NCBI GenBank assembly: GCA_038818725.1 | Contig: JAWAYL010000003.1 | Span: 1,791-65,790 of the forward strand | Direction: 5' to 3' | Length of the DNA: 64,000 nucleotides | DNA from: Thermoplasmatota archaeon | GTDB taxonomy: Archaea; Thermoplasmatota; E2; UBA202; JdFR-43 | Shown: positions 31,604-41,481 of the stretch, piece by piece | How the letters are laid out: the number at the start of each line of letters is the position of its first letter | How positions within the stretch are numbered: the stretch's first letter is position 1 | The notes under the pieces: model-generated | What the model saw: only the letters and a program-made list of their open reading frames with translations | Databases searched by the model: none | What the model was told of the DNA's origin: nothing | Translations under genes and position numbers: made by a program

Positions 31604-32587
31604 GTGAAGCATCTCTGCATTGCAACCCCAAAAAATAAAGCGGAAGAAATAAGGAAAAAACTTATTGAAAAAAATTTAATTTCTAAAGAATTAAAGGTTA
31701 TAAGAGATGAAAATTATGTATATTTTCCTTTGGAAAAGAAAATAAACTTTGACGGTTGCTTTATATGTGAAAAAGATTTTGAATATATAAAAAAAGAAAG
31801 CTATAAAGATATTTTGGCATCAAAAGGAATAAAATTGTCTTCTCTTTCAATTGATATAGTTGGAGATATAGCAATTTTAAGAGGAAATGAAGAAAATATA
31901 AAAGAAGTTGCGGATGCCATACTTTCATCTAATAAGCATGTTAAGGCAGTTTTTTATGATAGAGGAGTTTATGATGAATGCAGGCTTAGAGGAGTTGAAT
32001 TTATTGCTGGAGAAAAAAGAACTGAAACAATTCATAATGAATATGGAATAAAAATCAAGCTTGATATTTCAAAAGTTTATTTTTCTCCCCGCCTTGCTAG
32101 CGAGAGAATGAGGATTGCAAAAATGGTTGGCGAAAATGAAATAGTAATTGATATGTTTGCTGGCGTCGCCCCTTTCAGCCTTTTAATAGCAAAATTTTCT
32201 AAAGCAAAAAAAATTTTTGCAGTAGATAAAAATGTGGATGCTGTAAGATATGCAAGGGAAAATATTTTGCTGAATAAAATAAAAAATATTGAAGTAATTG
32301 AAGGAGATGCAAGAGATGTTTTACCCTCTTTACCTTTTGCTCATCATATAATAATGAATTTGCCTCACAGGAGTTTTGAATTTTTGCCATATGCTCTTAG
32401 AAAGGGGAAAATAATTCATTACTATGAAATAATTGAAAGGAAAAAGATTGAAGAGAGGCAGGAAGAAATAAAAGAAAAAATAAGAAAAGAGGGATATGAT
32501 GCTGAAATAAAAAATATTCGTATTTTAGGAAATTATTCTCCTTCAAAATATAAAGTAGGGATGGAGCTATTCATAGAAAAATCTTAA
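31604..32587 (+). CDS. tRNA methyltransferase Trm5/Tyw2 (Met-10+) family
   Basis: DIVGDIAI, KVYFSPRLASER, DMFAGVAPF, IMNLP. Confidence 0.92.
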   Translation: MKHLCIATPKNKAEEIRKKLIEKNLISKELKVIRDENYVYFPLEKKINFDGCFICEKDFEYIKKESYKDILASKGIKLSSLSIDIVGDIAILRGNEENIKEVADAILSSNKHVKAVFYDRGVYDECRLRGVEFIAGEKRTETIHNEYGIKIKLDISKVYFSPRLASERMRIAKMVGENEIVIDMFAGVAPFSLLIAKFSKAKKIFAVDKNVDAVRYARENILLNKIKNIEVIEGDARDVLPSLPFAHHIIMNLPHRSFEFLPYALRKGKIIHYYEIIERKKIEERQEEIKEKIRKEGYDAEIKNIRILGNYSPSKYKVGMELFIEKS

Positions 32588-33604
32588 ATTTTCAACTGCT
32601 TTGGAAACAAGTTTAACACATTCTTCAAAATCGTTTAAACTAATCATCTCTACGCCTGAATGCATATATCTTGTTGGAACACTTATTACTCCACAAGGAA
32701 TTCCCTCTTTTGTTAGATTTATTGCTGTTGCATCTGTTGTTCCGCCTTCGCCTACTTCAAGCTGATATTTTATTCCCTCTTTTTTTGCTGTTTCCTCAAG
32801 CCACCTAAGCACATTCCTATGAACAATCAATCCACGCCCGCCAGCATCTACAACAGTTATAACCGCGCCGCCATCAACTTTTATGCTTTTCTCTTTTTCA
32901 TCTAAGCCAGGATAATCTTTTGCATTTGCTACCTCGCAAACTATTGCAACGCTTGGGGAAATTTTATAAGCGCTTGTTTTAGCTCCTTTTAGCCCCACTT
33001 CTTCCTGAACTGTCCCAACTGCATATATTTTTGAATTGCTTTTTATTCTTTTAATTGCCTCAATCATCATTGCAATTCCTATTCTATCATCAATCGCTTT
33101 TCCAGTTATTCTATTATTTATTAACTCCTTCATTTCGACATCAAGCGTTATAGGGCTTCCAATCTTTATTCCCTCTTTTTCCACCTCTTCTCTGCTTTTT
33201 GCTCCTATATCTATAAACATTTCCTCCGCTAGAATTGGTTTTTTCTTTTCCTCCTCTTTCATTAAATGAGGTGGCTTTGAGCCAATTATTCCATATCTTT
33301 TTCCCTTCTCACCATGAATAATAACTCTCCTATTTATCAAGCTCTGATCAAACCATCCTCCAATCTTTAAAAATTTTATAAAGCCATCTTCACTTATACT
33401 TTTTACCATAAGTCCAATTTCATCCATGTGGGCGGCGAGCATGATGCTTGGCTCTTCTCCGTCTTTAAAAGCAATTATATTTCCTAAATTATCCACTTCT
33501 ATTTTATCAACAAAATTTTCGAGCTCTTCTTTTATAATCTCTCTTATTTCATCTTCATATCCAGAAATGCCATGAGCATTGCATAGTTTTTTTATTAGTT
33601 CCAT
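32567..33604 (-). CDS. M42 (TET) aminopeptidase
   Basis: AAHMDEIG, KAIDDR, VQEEVGLKGA, GGTTD, RYMHS. Confidence 0.95.
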   Translation of the reverse strand: MELIKKLCNAHGISGYEDEIREIIKEELENFVDKIEVDNLGNIIAFKDGEEPSIMLAAHMDEIGLMVKSISEDGFIKFLKIGGWFDQSLINRRVIIHGEKGKRYGIIGSKPPHLMKEEEKKKPILAEEMFIDIGAKSREEVEKEGIKIGSPITLDVEMKELINNRITGKAIDDRIGIAMMIEAIKRIKSNSKIYAVGTVQEEVGLKGAKTSAYKISPSVAIVCEVANAKDYPGLDEKEKSIKVDGGAVITVVDAGGRGLIVHRNVLRWLEETAKKEGIKYQLEVGEGGTTDATAINLTKEGIPCGVISVPTRYMHSGVEMISLNDFEECVKLVSKAVENLRFFYE

Positions 33605-34986
33605 GAAGCATATTCCTTGAGAATATTTAAAATTTGCATTGATTTAAAAACATAAATTCTTTTTTCATCCGACCAATTGCTTAAAAAGCCATTCTCATCT
33701 TCGGCAATAACTTTTATTTTATAAATTCCCATTTTGTTCCATGAATGCGTTATTTTAATTTTAATTCCTGATTCATAAAATTCAGTCCATTCATCTACTA
33801 TATTATCATTATTCCAGTCCCATCCGTATCTTATTTTATCTCCATCAAAATCACTTGAAAATGTTTCATAAAAATATTTTTTGCCGGTTATTGCAAAAAT
33901 TCTTCCTTCTGGCTTTTGTGGTTTCTCTGGCTTATAATTTATCTTTTTGGCATATTTTAAATCAAGATTACTCCTGTCAACATAGCTTATATGAGGATAA
34001 CCATTTAAATCAATAGCAATTGATGCATATGCTCCAACATCTCCTTCTTCATCTACTTTTTCTATATGCCATATTCCATCAAAATATGCATAATTTAAAT
34101 TCCATCCTTTCCATCCAAAATATGCAATATGAATTCTTCCATAGCTATCGATTGCAATTGATGCACCTTTTGAATTATAAAATCCTATTAAGTCAGGATC
34201 GATAATTTCTATTTTCCATTTTTTCCCGTCAAAATATGCATGTTTTAAAAACCAAGCATCGTCTCTTGAGATATCATAGTAGCATATATGTGGATTTGAA
34301 TTTTTATCTATTGCAATTGAAGTCGATTCCCATATTATACTATTTTTATCAATTTCTTCTACAACCCATTTGTCTTCTTTTAAAAAAGCATAAAATAATT
34401 TGCCTCTTACATTTCCATAGCTTATATGAGGATTTCCATCTAAATCAACAGCAATTGAAGAATAAATTCCACAACCAGCAGATGAATCAACAACTTCTAT
34501 GCTCTTTTCGTTTCCATAAATTCTTGCATATTTTAAATGCCCATTTTTCTCATCGTAATAGCTTATATGCACAGCATCTTTTGATATAGCAATTGAACAA
34601 TATTTGCCAACATTTTCGGAATCAATTATATCAATTTTCCAAGAGCCGTTCTTTTTTGCATATTTAAGATTTTCATTTGTTGCATCATAATAAACTAAAT
34701 GTAAGCATCCATTTGCATCAACTGCAATTGAGGAATATACCCCAACATCAGCAGATGCATCAACAACTTCAATGCCCCATTTTCCATTAACAAAAGATGC
34801 AACCTTTAAAACCTTGCTATCAATATCATAATAAGAAATATAAATTCTATCTTTATAGATACATATGCTTGTATCCATTCCTATATCTCCTTGCATATCA
34901 ATTGTTTCTATCTCCCACCTTCCATCTTCACTAAAACCTAGAGGTGCAAGAATAAGAAAAGTTGTTAAAATTAAAATCGATTTCAT
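33595..34986 (-). CDS. Secreted beta-propeller repeat protein with C-terminal PKD-like domain
   Basis: Repeated VG.Y.SIA.D..G..HISY...LKYA, C-terminal DGDKIRYGWDW. Confidence 0.8.
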   Translation of the reverse strand: MKSILILTTFLILAPLGFSEDGRWEIETIDMQGDIGMDTSICIYKDRIYISYYDIDSKVLKVASFVNGKWGIEVVDASADVGVYSSIAVDANGCLHLVYYDATNENLKYAKKNGSWKIDIIDSENVGKYCSIAISKDAVHISYYDEKNGHLKYARIYGNEKSIEVVDSSAGCGIYSSIAVDLDGNPHISYGNVRGKLFYAFLKEDKWVVEEIDKNSIIWESTSIAIDKNSNPHICYYDISRDDAWFLKHAYFDGKKWKIEIIDPDLIGFYNSKGASIAIDSYGRIHIAYFGWKGWNLNYAYFDGIWHIEKVDEEGDVGAYASIAIDLNGYPHISYVDRSNLDLKYAKKINYKPEKPQKPEGRIFAITGKKYFYETFSSDFDGDKIRYGWDWNNDNIVDEWTEFYESGIKIKITHSWNKMGIYKIKVIAEDENGFLSNWSDEKRIYVFKSMQILNILKEYASWN

Positions 34987-35056
34987 GAAAATAAATAACA
35001 ATGGATAGATAAATTCATCGCAAAAATTTTAAAATATCCTTTTGTTTTTACATACA

Positions 35057-35174
35057 GCGGGCGTGATCTAGCTGGTTAGGATATGAGCCTTCCAAGCTCA
35101 ATGCCCGGGTTCGAACTGCAACTTGTCACAAGTTGCTTATTAAAGCAAGTTGCTTGAAAATCCCGGCGCCCGCA
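35057..35174 (+). tRNA. tRNA-Gly(TCC) with a 45-nt intron at position 59/60 (35116..35160)
   Basis: Acceptor GCGGGCG/CGCCCGC-A, TGAGC-CTTCCAA-GCTCA, T arm CCGGG-TTCGAA|insert|T-CCCGG. Confidence 0.93.
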
Positions 35175-35828
35175 TTAATAGCCCTCTGAATAAAGAACAT
35201 CTGGGTAGCTATATTTATTTAGCCATGTATCGCCTGGCAGTATTTTTACTTTCCTTCCTTCCACTATTAGCCTCTTCTTTTCAAATAAATCTATGCTTCT
35301 TGGCAATATTTGATGCTCAACTTTTAAAATTCTCTCTGCAAGAGCGTCGCGAGTGTCATCTTCTCTTACTTTTACTGCTGCCTGCAAAATTATTGGACCA
35401 TGATCTGGCAATTCATCCATAAAATGGGTTGTGCAACCGGCTATTTTAACTCCATAATCTAAAGCCTGCTTTTGGGCATCTATTCCTTTAAAAGAAGGAA
35501 GCAAGGAAGGATGAATATTTATTATCTTATATCTCCATTTATTAATAAACCAAGGTGAAAGTATGCGCATATATCCTGCGCCAACAATAAGTTCAATATT
35601 TTTCTCTTCAAATATTCTATTTATTTCTTCCTCATGCTTTCTTTTATCCTTTGCCTCTACATATATTGCATCTATTCCATTTTTTCTTGCTCTTTCAAGA
35701 GCAAAAGCATTTTCATTATCACTTATCACTACTTCTACTCTTGCATTTATCATTTTTTTGTTACAAGCATCTATTATTGCTTGTAGATTTGTTCCTCTTC
35801 CAGAAGCAAGGACTCCAACAGCGAGCAT
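35175..35828 (-). CDS. purN: Phosphoribosylglycinamide formyltransferase
   Basis: LASGRGTNLQAI, AGYMRIL, INIHPSLLPSF, DHGPII. Confidence 0.96.
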   Translation of the reverse strand: MLAVGVLASGRGTNLQAIIDACNKKMINARVEVVISDNENAFALERARKNGIDAIYVEAKDKRKHEEEINRIFEEKNIELIVGAGYMRILSPWFINKWRYKIINIHPSLLPSFKGIDAQKQALDYGVKIAGCTTHFMDELPDHGPIILQAAVKVREDDTRDALAERILKVEHQILPRSIDLFEKKRLIVEGRKVKILPGDTWLNKYSYPDVLYSEGY

Positions 35829-35873
35829 AAAAATAAACAGAACAAATTTTAAATATCTTTGTATTTCATTTCA

Positions 35874-37328
35874 ATGAAATTTGATTTGAAATGCAGCATT
35901 ACTACAAGCAAGGAAATAAAAAAAGAAGAGCTTGCTCATTTTTTCAATAACCTTACAATTGATGCAAAAATGGAATGGGATGCAAAAGAAAATAAAATTT
36001 TTTTAAGAATAATTTCTGAAAAAAGGAGAAGTCATGAGTGGGCTTTAAGAATAGTAAAAAAGCTTGAAGAATTTCTTGGAAAAATGAAAATTGGAATAAG
36101 GGATTTGCATCTTGACAGATATGAAATTGATTTTGAATTAGATAAGGAGCCATTAAAAAGTGTATCAATTCCATTTGCTGAAGTTGAAATAAAAGATAAG
36201 AAAGTAAAATTAATTATTTCTGATAAAGGAGAGGAATTTTTAAGGGAAAACTATGCTGATAGAATAATAAAAAGAATAAAAGAAAAAATAGATGCTCAAT
36301 ATTATGAAGGCAAAAAAGAATACTGGCATTTAGTCTGGCAAAGTGAGGAAAAAAAGGAAGCATGGAATAAAGATCCTTCTGAGGAAATGCTCAATTTGGG
36401 ATGGATAAAGTTGATGGGCAAAGGCAAATGGTTTTATTTCCCGCCAGCCGCAGCCATCATGCGGGCGATGGAAAGAATTGCAATAAATGAAGTAATTGCT
36501 CCCATTGGCTTTTCAGAGATAATTCAGCCAATGCATGTCTCATTTGATACTTGGCTTAAAACCGGGCATCTTGAAGGAATGCCAGGAGAAATTTATTATA
36601 TATGCGAGCCGAAGAGCAGGGAAGCGAGGGAATGGGAAAATTTTGTTGATTTAATTAAAATAAAAAGAGAAGTAAGCGATGAAGAGCTAATTAAAAATTT
36701 AAAGCCGCCAAAAGAAGGAGTTTGCTATGCCCAATGTCCAAATATCTATGCTTCTTTTGCTGGAAAGACAATTGCTGAAGAAAGTTTACCATTGCTTATA
36801 TTTGATCATTCCACTCCTTCAGATAGATATGAAGCAGGGGGCAAGCATGGTATTGAAAGAGTTGATGAATTTCATAGAATAGAAATTGTATATATTGGAA
36901 CAAAAGAACAACTTATAGAAGTAAGAGAAAAACTTATGGAGAGGTATAGATATGTGTTTGACAAAATACTTGATTTGGAATGGAGAATGGCAAAAGTAAC
37001 CCCTTTTTATTTACAGCAGGCTGGCATAACCGCTAGCGAGGAAGATGAAATAAAAGGAACAATAGATTTCGAGGCATATTTGCCTTATAGAGGGGATAGA
37101 AGCAAAGAATGGCTTGAAATACAGAATATTTCAATAGTTGGAGATAAATATGTAAAAGCATTTAATATAAAGGCCCAGAAAAGTGAGTTATGGAGTGGTT
37201 GCTCAGGAATTGGCTTAGAAAGATGGACAGTTGCATTTCTTGCTCAAAAAGGGATAGAGCCAGAAAAATGGCCGCAAGGTTTTAGAAGATATTTGCCAAA
37301 TTTACCAAAAATGCCAAAATTTTTGTAG
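35874..37328 (+). CDS. serS: Seryl-tRNA synthetase, methanogen (rare) type
   Basis: YAQCP, RYEAGG.HGIERVDEFHRIE, SGCSGIGLERW, methanogen-type N-terminal domain. Confidence 0.9.
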   Translation: MKFDLKCSITTSKEIKKEELAHFFNNLTIDAKMEWDAKENKIFLRIISEKRRSHEWALRIVKKLEEFLGKMKIGIRDLHLDRYEIDFELDKEPLKSVSIPFAEVEIKDKKVKLIISDKGEEFLRENYADRIIKRIKEKIDAQYYEGKKEYWHLVWQSEEKKEAWNKDPSEEMLNLGWIKLMGKGKWFYFPPAAAIMRAMERIAINEVIAPIGFSEIIQPMHVSFDTWLKTGHLEGMPGEIYYICEPKSREAREWENFVDLIKIKREVSDEELIKNLKPPKEGVCYAQCPNIYASFAGKTIAEESLPLLIFDHSTPSDRYEAGGKHGIERVDEFHRIEIVYIGTKEQLIEVREKLMERYRYVFDKILDLEWRMAKVTPFYLQQAGITASEEDEIKGTIDFEAYLPYRGDRSKEWLEIQNISIVGDKYVKAFNIKAQKSELWSGCSGIGLERWTVAFLAQKGIEPEKWPQGFRRYLPNLPKMPKFL

Positions 37329-37399
37329 TTTAATTAAAATTTAATTCAATTAAATTTTTATTTAAAAAATTATTTTATTTTTTAAATCTTATATTTTTG

Positions 37400-38767
37400 A
37401 TGCTTGAAATTGAAAAAGATTTAAAAAGTAAAATTGATAGAATACTAAAAAATTATTTACCAGATAAAATATCAAATCCTTCAGAAAAAGCAATTTATGA
37501 ACCATCAAGCATGTATAACATGCCAAAAGAAAAGGCAGATGAATACAGATTTAATGCGATAAAATATGTTTTTAAACATCATTACGAAAATAATAAGTTT
37601 TATCGAAGCTTATGCAAGGAAAAAAATGTTAAGCCAGATGATATAAAAAGTATTGAAGATTTTAATAAGATACCTTTAATAACCCATAAATTCTTTAAAG
37701 ATTATCCTAATGGAAAAGATTTTGCAATATGGCTTGCAAATTTAATGTCTGTAGAAATTCCAAAAGTAGTTATAAAGGGTAAAAATCCATCATATGATGA
37801 TGTTATTGAAGCATTTCAGCAAGCTGGCATAACAGTTTGCTATAGCAGTGGAACAACTGGAAAATTCACATTTATTCCAAGAGATGAAAAAACTTATAGG
37901 ATGGGACAATATGCAATTGCAAGATGCGCAATAGAGATGCTCAGCAGCTGGTATGATTATGATGCAAGCGCCTATTTACTATTTCCTAACCCAAAGAAAA
38001 CAAACATTTATGTAGGAAAGGTAACAAATGTTTTATTTGATTTAATTAAAGATGTAAAAGTGGCAATAGACAGAAAAATAACAACCCAATTGCTTCGTAT
38101 TTCAATGGGTGTAGCATTTACTTTCAAAGAAAAAATGATGAGCAAGATGGCAAGGCATGCAACCAAAAAAATGAACGAAGAAATGGTAGAAAATATAATT
38201 TCTTGGGCAGAAGAAAAAAATGAAAAGAAGGAAAGATGCGGACTTGTTGGCGCCCCATTTATTTTGCATATGGTAATGGAAAAGATGATTGAAGAAGGAA
38301 AAAGATTCGATTTTGGAGAAAATGGGGCGGTGCTTACTGGTGGGGGATGGAAAATATATGAAGGCAAAAGATTGCCAGTTAAGGAATTTAGAGAAAAAGT
38401 TGAGCATCTTTTTGGCATACCCAAAGAAAATTGCCTTGATTTATATGGAATGGTTGAAGCAAATGGTTTTATGATTCATTGTCCAGAAGGGCACTATTTG
38501 CATATCCCTAATACTTATCTTCATCCAATAGTTTTAGATGAAAATGGTGAAGAAGTAGCTTATGGAGAGGAAGGAAGATTTGCCTTTCTTGATGCCATTG
38601 CTTTAAGTTATCCTGGTTTCATAGTAACTGGTGATAAAGTTAGGATACACGAAACATGTCCAGCATGCAACAGGACAACACCTGTGCTTGAGCCAGAGAT
38701 AGAGAGAATAAGGGGAGAAGAAATTAGAGGGTGTGCTGAAGAAATGAGGAAGTTAATGCTTGAGTAA
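37400..38767 (+). CDS. LuxE-like acyl-protein synthetase (ANL adenylating family)
   Basis: SSGTTG, TGGGWK, YGMVE, TGD, C-terminal RGC. Confidence 0.85.
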   Translation: MLEIEKDLKSKIDRILKNYLPDKISNPSEKAIYEPSSMYNMPKEKADEYRFNAIKYVFKHHYENNKFYRSLCKEKNVKPDDIKSIEDFNKIPLITHKFFKDYPNGKDFAIWLANLMSVEIPKVVIKGKNPSYDDVIEAFQQAGITVCYSSGTTGKFTFIPRDEKTYRMGQYAIARCAIEMLSSWYDYDASAYLLFPNPKKTNIYVGKVTNVLFDLIKDVKVAIDRKITTQLLRISMGVAFTFKEKMMSKMARHATKKMNEEMVENIISWAEEKNEKKERCGLVGAPFILHMVMEKMIEEGKRFDFGENGAVLTGGGWKIYEGKRLPVKEFREKVEHLFGIPKENCLDLYGMVEANGFMIHCPEGHYLHIPNTYLHPIVLDENGEEVAYGEEGRFAFLDAIALSYPGFIVTGDKVRIHETCPACNRTTPVLEPEIERIRGEEIRGCAEEMRKLMLE

Positions 38768-39728
38768 TATGATATCCTGGATAGAAAAAGGATATATAAT
38801 GCCGTGGAGAATGTTTAAAAATGTAATAAGAACTATGCCAGCTCTTGCCATAACGATGGCAAAGCATCCTCGCCTTGTGATTCAGCAGCATAGAGGGGAA
38901 AAAGTAAAATGGTTTAAAAGCAAGCCAAGTTATGAAATACCAGAATATAAGGAAGGAATGAAGTTCTGCAAATCAAATGAAAGATATCTTCGCCCAACCC
39001 ATCTCTGCAATAGCCATGCAAAAGAGATAATTGCAATGGCAAATGAGCTTGGAGCTTTTAAAAAAGATGATTGGGAATATGCGGAAAGTGTTTTTAATTT
39101 TGTAAAGAGGAATATAAAGCTCGCATTTGTCCCAATGACGGGCGTTGTCGAAACACTTAAAAACGGTTGCGGGACATGTGTTCATCAACTTTCTCTTTTT
39201 GCTGCCCTCTGCAGGGCGGGCGGGCTGAAGGCGAGATATCATTTATATACGCTTGCCCTTATAGAGCCAATGTATAAGGCAATGGTTGAAGTTTCTCCAA
39301 TTGTTAAAGGATGGTATGATGCTTTTGGAACTTTTATGCTCCATGGAACAGCACAAGTAATGATAGATGGTAAATGGGTAGTTGCTGACCCAACATTTAC
39401 TCCAGCAGATGAGGCTGCTATGGGCATCCCTATTGCAAAACTTGGAGATGAGCCAACTGGAATATGGAATTATCCAGTTAAAGATACAGAAGTCTTTCTT
39501 GAAGGTCTTCCATATGGTGTAGGCATAGGATGGGATTTCTTTGTAAAAATTCTTGGTCCAAAGGAAGCGCAGAAAGTAAATGAAAGCTTGGAAAGAGAAA
39601 GGAAAAAAGGAGAAAAAATATTGCAGGAGATGGGAGAAGAAAATTATGATAGAATGGTAAGGGAAAAATACAAGGCAAAAATACCAAAAATAACTCTCGA
39701 AAAGTGCCCTAATATAGTGTTTAAATGA
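38760..39728 (+). CDS. Transglutaminase-like cysteine protein
   Basis: GTCVHQLSLFAALCRAGG, LHGTAQV..DGKWVVADPT (Cys-His-Asp triad). Confidence 0.85.
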   Translation: MSNMISWIEKGYIMPWRMFKNVIRTMPALAITMAKHPRLVIQQHRGEKVKWFKSKPSYEIPEYKEGMKFCKSNERYLRPTHLCNSHAKEIIAMANELGAFKKDDWEYAESVFNFVKRNIKLAFVPMTGVVETLKNGCGTCVHQLSLFAALCRAGGLKARYHLYTLALIEPMYKAMVEVSPIVKGWYDAFGTFMLHGTAQVMIDGKWVVADPTFTPADEAAMGIPIAKLGDEPTGIWNYPVKDTEVFLEGLPYGVGIGWDFFVKILGPKEAQKVNESLERERKKGEKILQEMGEENYDRMVREKYKAKIPKITLEKCPNIVFK

Positions 39729-40189
39729 AATTTTTATGTGATGAAATGCTTGGCAGGCTTGCAAAATGGCTTCGTATTATGGGTTATGATGTTTTATATT
39801 TAAAAAATATGGAAGATGAAAAAATAGTTGAAAAAGCAATAAAGGAGGATAGAATTTTGATTACAAGAGATAAAAAACTTGCCAAAAAATTCAAAAATTC
39901 TCTTTATATTGAAGAAAAAGATATAAATGAGCAGATAAAAAAAGTGGTTGAAAAACTTAAAATAAGAATTGATGAAGAAAATTTTCTTTCAAGATGCACT
40001 ATTTGCAATATTGAAATAGAAAAAATAGAAAAAGAAAAAGTTAAAGGAAAAGTTCCAGATAATGTTTTTGAAAATATGAGTGAATTTTGGATATGCAAAA
40101 AGTGCGGGCGCATCTACTGGGCTGGCACCCACTGGAAAAACATGAAGGAGAAAATAGAAGAAATAGGAAAAATAGAGTCAGCAATTTGA
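39725..40189 (+). CDS. Mut7-C RNase/PIN-like protein with zinc ribbon
   Basis: FLCDEMLGRLAKWLR..GYD, ILITRD, RCTICN, CKKCGRIYW.GTHW. Confidence 0.92.
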   Translation: MKFLCDEMLGRLAKWLRIMGYDVLYLKNMEDEKIVEKAIKEDRILITRDKKLAKKFKNSLYIEEKDINEQIKKVVEKLKIRIDEENFLSRCTICNIEIEKIEKEKVKGKVPDNVFENMSEFWICKKCGRIYWAGTHWKNMKEKIEEIGKIESAI

Positions 40190-40221
40190 AAAACTTAAAT
40201 TATTTTTTTGATTTTTCTATC

Positions 40222-41013
40222 ATGGATTTCTTACAAAACTTTAATCCAGTAATGCAGGCATTTATTGCATCTTCCTTTACATGGCTTTTAACTGCATTTG
40301 GATCATCAATTGTTTTTCTTACTAAAAAAATGAGCAGGAAATTGCTGGACAGCATGCTTGGTTTTGCTGCTGGTATAATGATTTCCGCAAGCTTCTGGTC
40401 ATTGCTTTTGCCTTCTGTTGAAATGATGGAGGGAAAAAATTTTTCATGGCTTCCAGCTTTAATGGGGTTTCTGCTTGGAGGAGTGTTTATTTTGATTATG
40501 GATAAAATTCTTCCACATCTTCACTTTGGGTATGAGAAGGCAGAGGGTTTAAAAACAAGCTGGCATAAAACAACATTGCTTATTCTTGCAATAACATTAC
40601 ATAATATACCAGAAGGAGTTGCAATTGGTGTTGCTTTTGGAGCAGTTGCATATGGTGCTTCTTATTCATCAGCCATTACTCTAGCAATAGGTATTGGCTT
40701 ACAAAATTTTCCTGAAGGAATAGCTGTTTCTATGCCTTTAAAAGGGGAAGGAATCTCGTCACTAAAAAGTTTCTTTTATGGGCAACTTTCAGCAATCGTT
40801 GAGCCAATTTTTGCAGTTTTAGGAGCATTTGCAGTTTTTATTTTTAAATCAATTCTTCCATATGCTCTCGCTTTTGCGGCTGGAGCAATGATTTTTGTTG
40901 TTGTTGAAGAAATTATTCCAGAATCGCAAAGGGGAGGAAATATTGATTTGGCTACAGTTTCAGCTATGCTTGGATTTGCTACAATGATGTTTCTGGATGT
41001 TGCCTTTGGATAA
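40222..41013 (+). CDS. ZIP family metal transporter (GufA/ZupT-like)
   Basis: GFAAGIM, LHNIPEG, QNFPEG, AAGAMIFVV. Confidence 0.93.
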   Translation: MDFLQNFNPVMQAFIASSFTWLLTAFGSSIVFLTKKMSRKLLDSMLGFAAGIMISASFWSLLLPSVEMMEGKNFSWLPALMGFLLGGVFILIMDKILPHLHFGYEKAEGLKTSWHKTTLLILAITLHNIPEGVAIGVAFGAVAYGASYSSAITLAIGIGLQNFPEGIAVSMPLKGEGISSLKSFFYGQLSAIVEPIFAVLGAFAVFIFKSILPYALAFAAGAMIFVVVEEIIPESQRGGNIDLATVSAMLGFATMMFLDVAFG

Positions 41014-41014
41014 C

Positions 41015-41467
41015 TCAACTAATCCAGCCAATATTTCCTTCCCATTCGTATGTTTCATTTAATGAGGGCCAGTAAAATTTTATACGTCCAAAATAACTTT
41101 TTCCGAATTCAGGAGCAACATAGTTAGGATAAAAACTTCTTGCAATAAATTCCTTAAGAATAGCCTCCTTTACTTCACTTCCTTCTTGATACAATGGTTC
41201 AACTATTGCTGGCCCGTTTTCAATTGGTCCTATACCCATTTCAAGCCCTTCCTGCGGTGGAAAATATATGTCGCAGCGAGGTGCCCCTTTTTCCTTACCA
41301 ACCCATTTTACTTTCATATTAAGCAATACTTCATTGGGATTTTCTGTTTCTCTAAAAAATACGCTCAGCACCTCAAATTTATCTGTTTCTTTTGCTTCTT
41401 TTTCGCTTTTTAAACATCCAAGCATTGCAAATGAGAAAAATATTAACATGGAGAGGATTTTTTTCAT
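41015..41467 (-). CDS. Hypothetical lipoprotein
   Basis: Signal peptide ending in an LGC lipobox. Confidence 0.65.
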   Translation of the reverse strand: MKKILSMLIFFSFAMLGCLKSEKEAKETDKFEVLSVFFRETENPNEVLLNMKVKWVGKEKGAPRCDIYFPPQEGLEMGIGPIENGPAIVEPLYQEGSEVKEAILKEFIARSFYPNYVAPEFGKSYFGRIKFYWPSLNETYEWEGNIGWIS

Positions 41468-41481
41468 AAAATTATAATTAT

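Noticed and set aside
35116..35160. Intron repeat read as a CRISPR repeat or MITE
   Set aside because: Copies are dispersed with no spacers, cas genes or transposase; each sits at the same tRNA position and forms a splice motif
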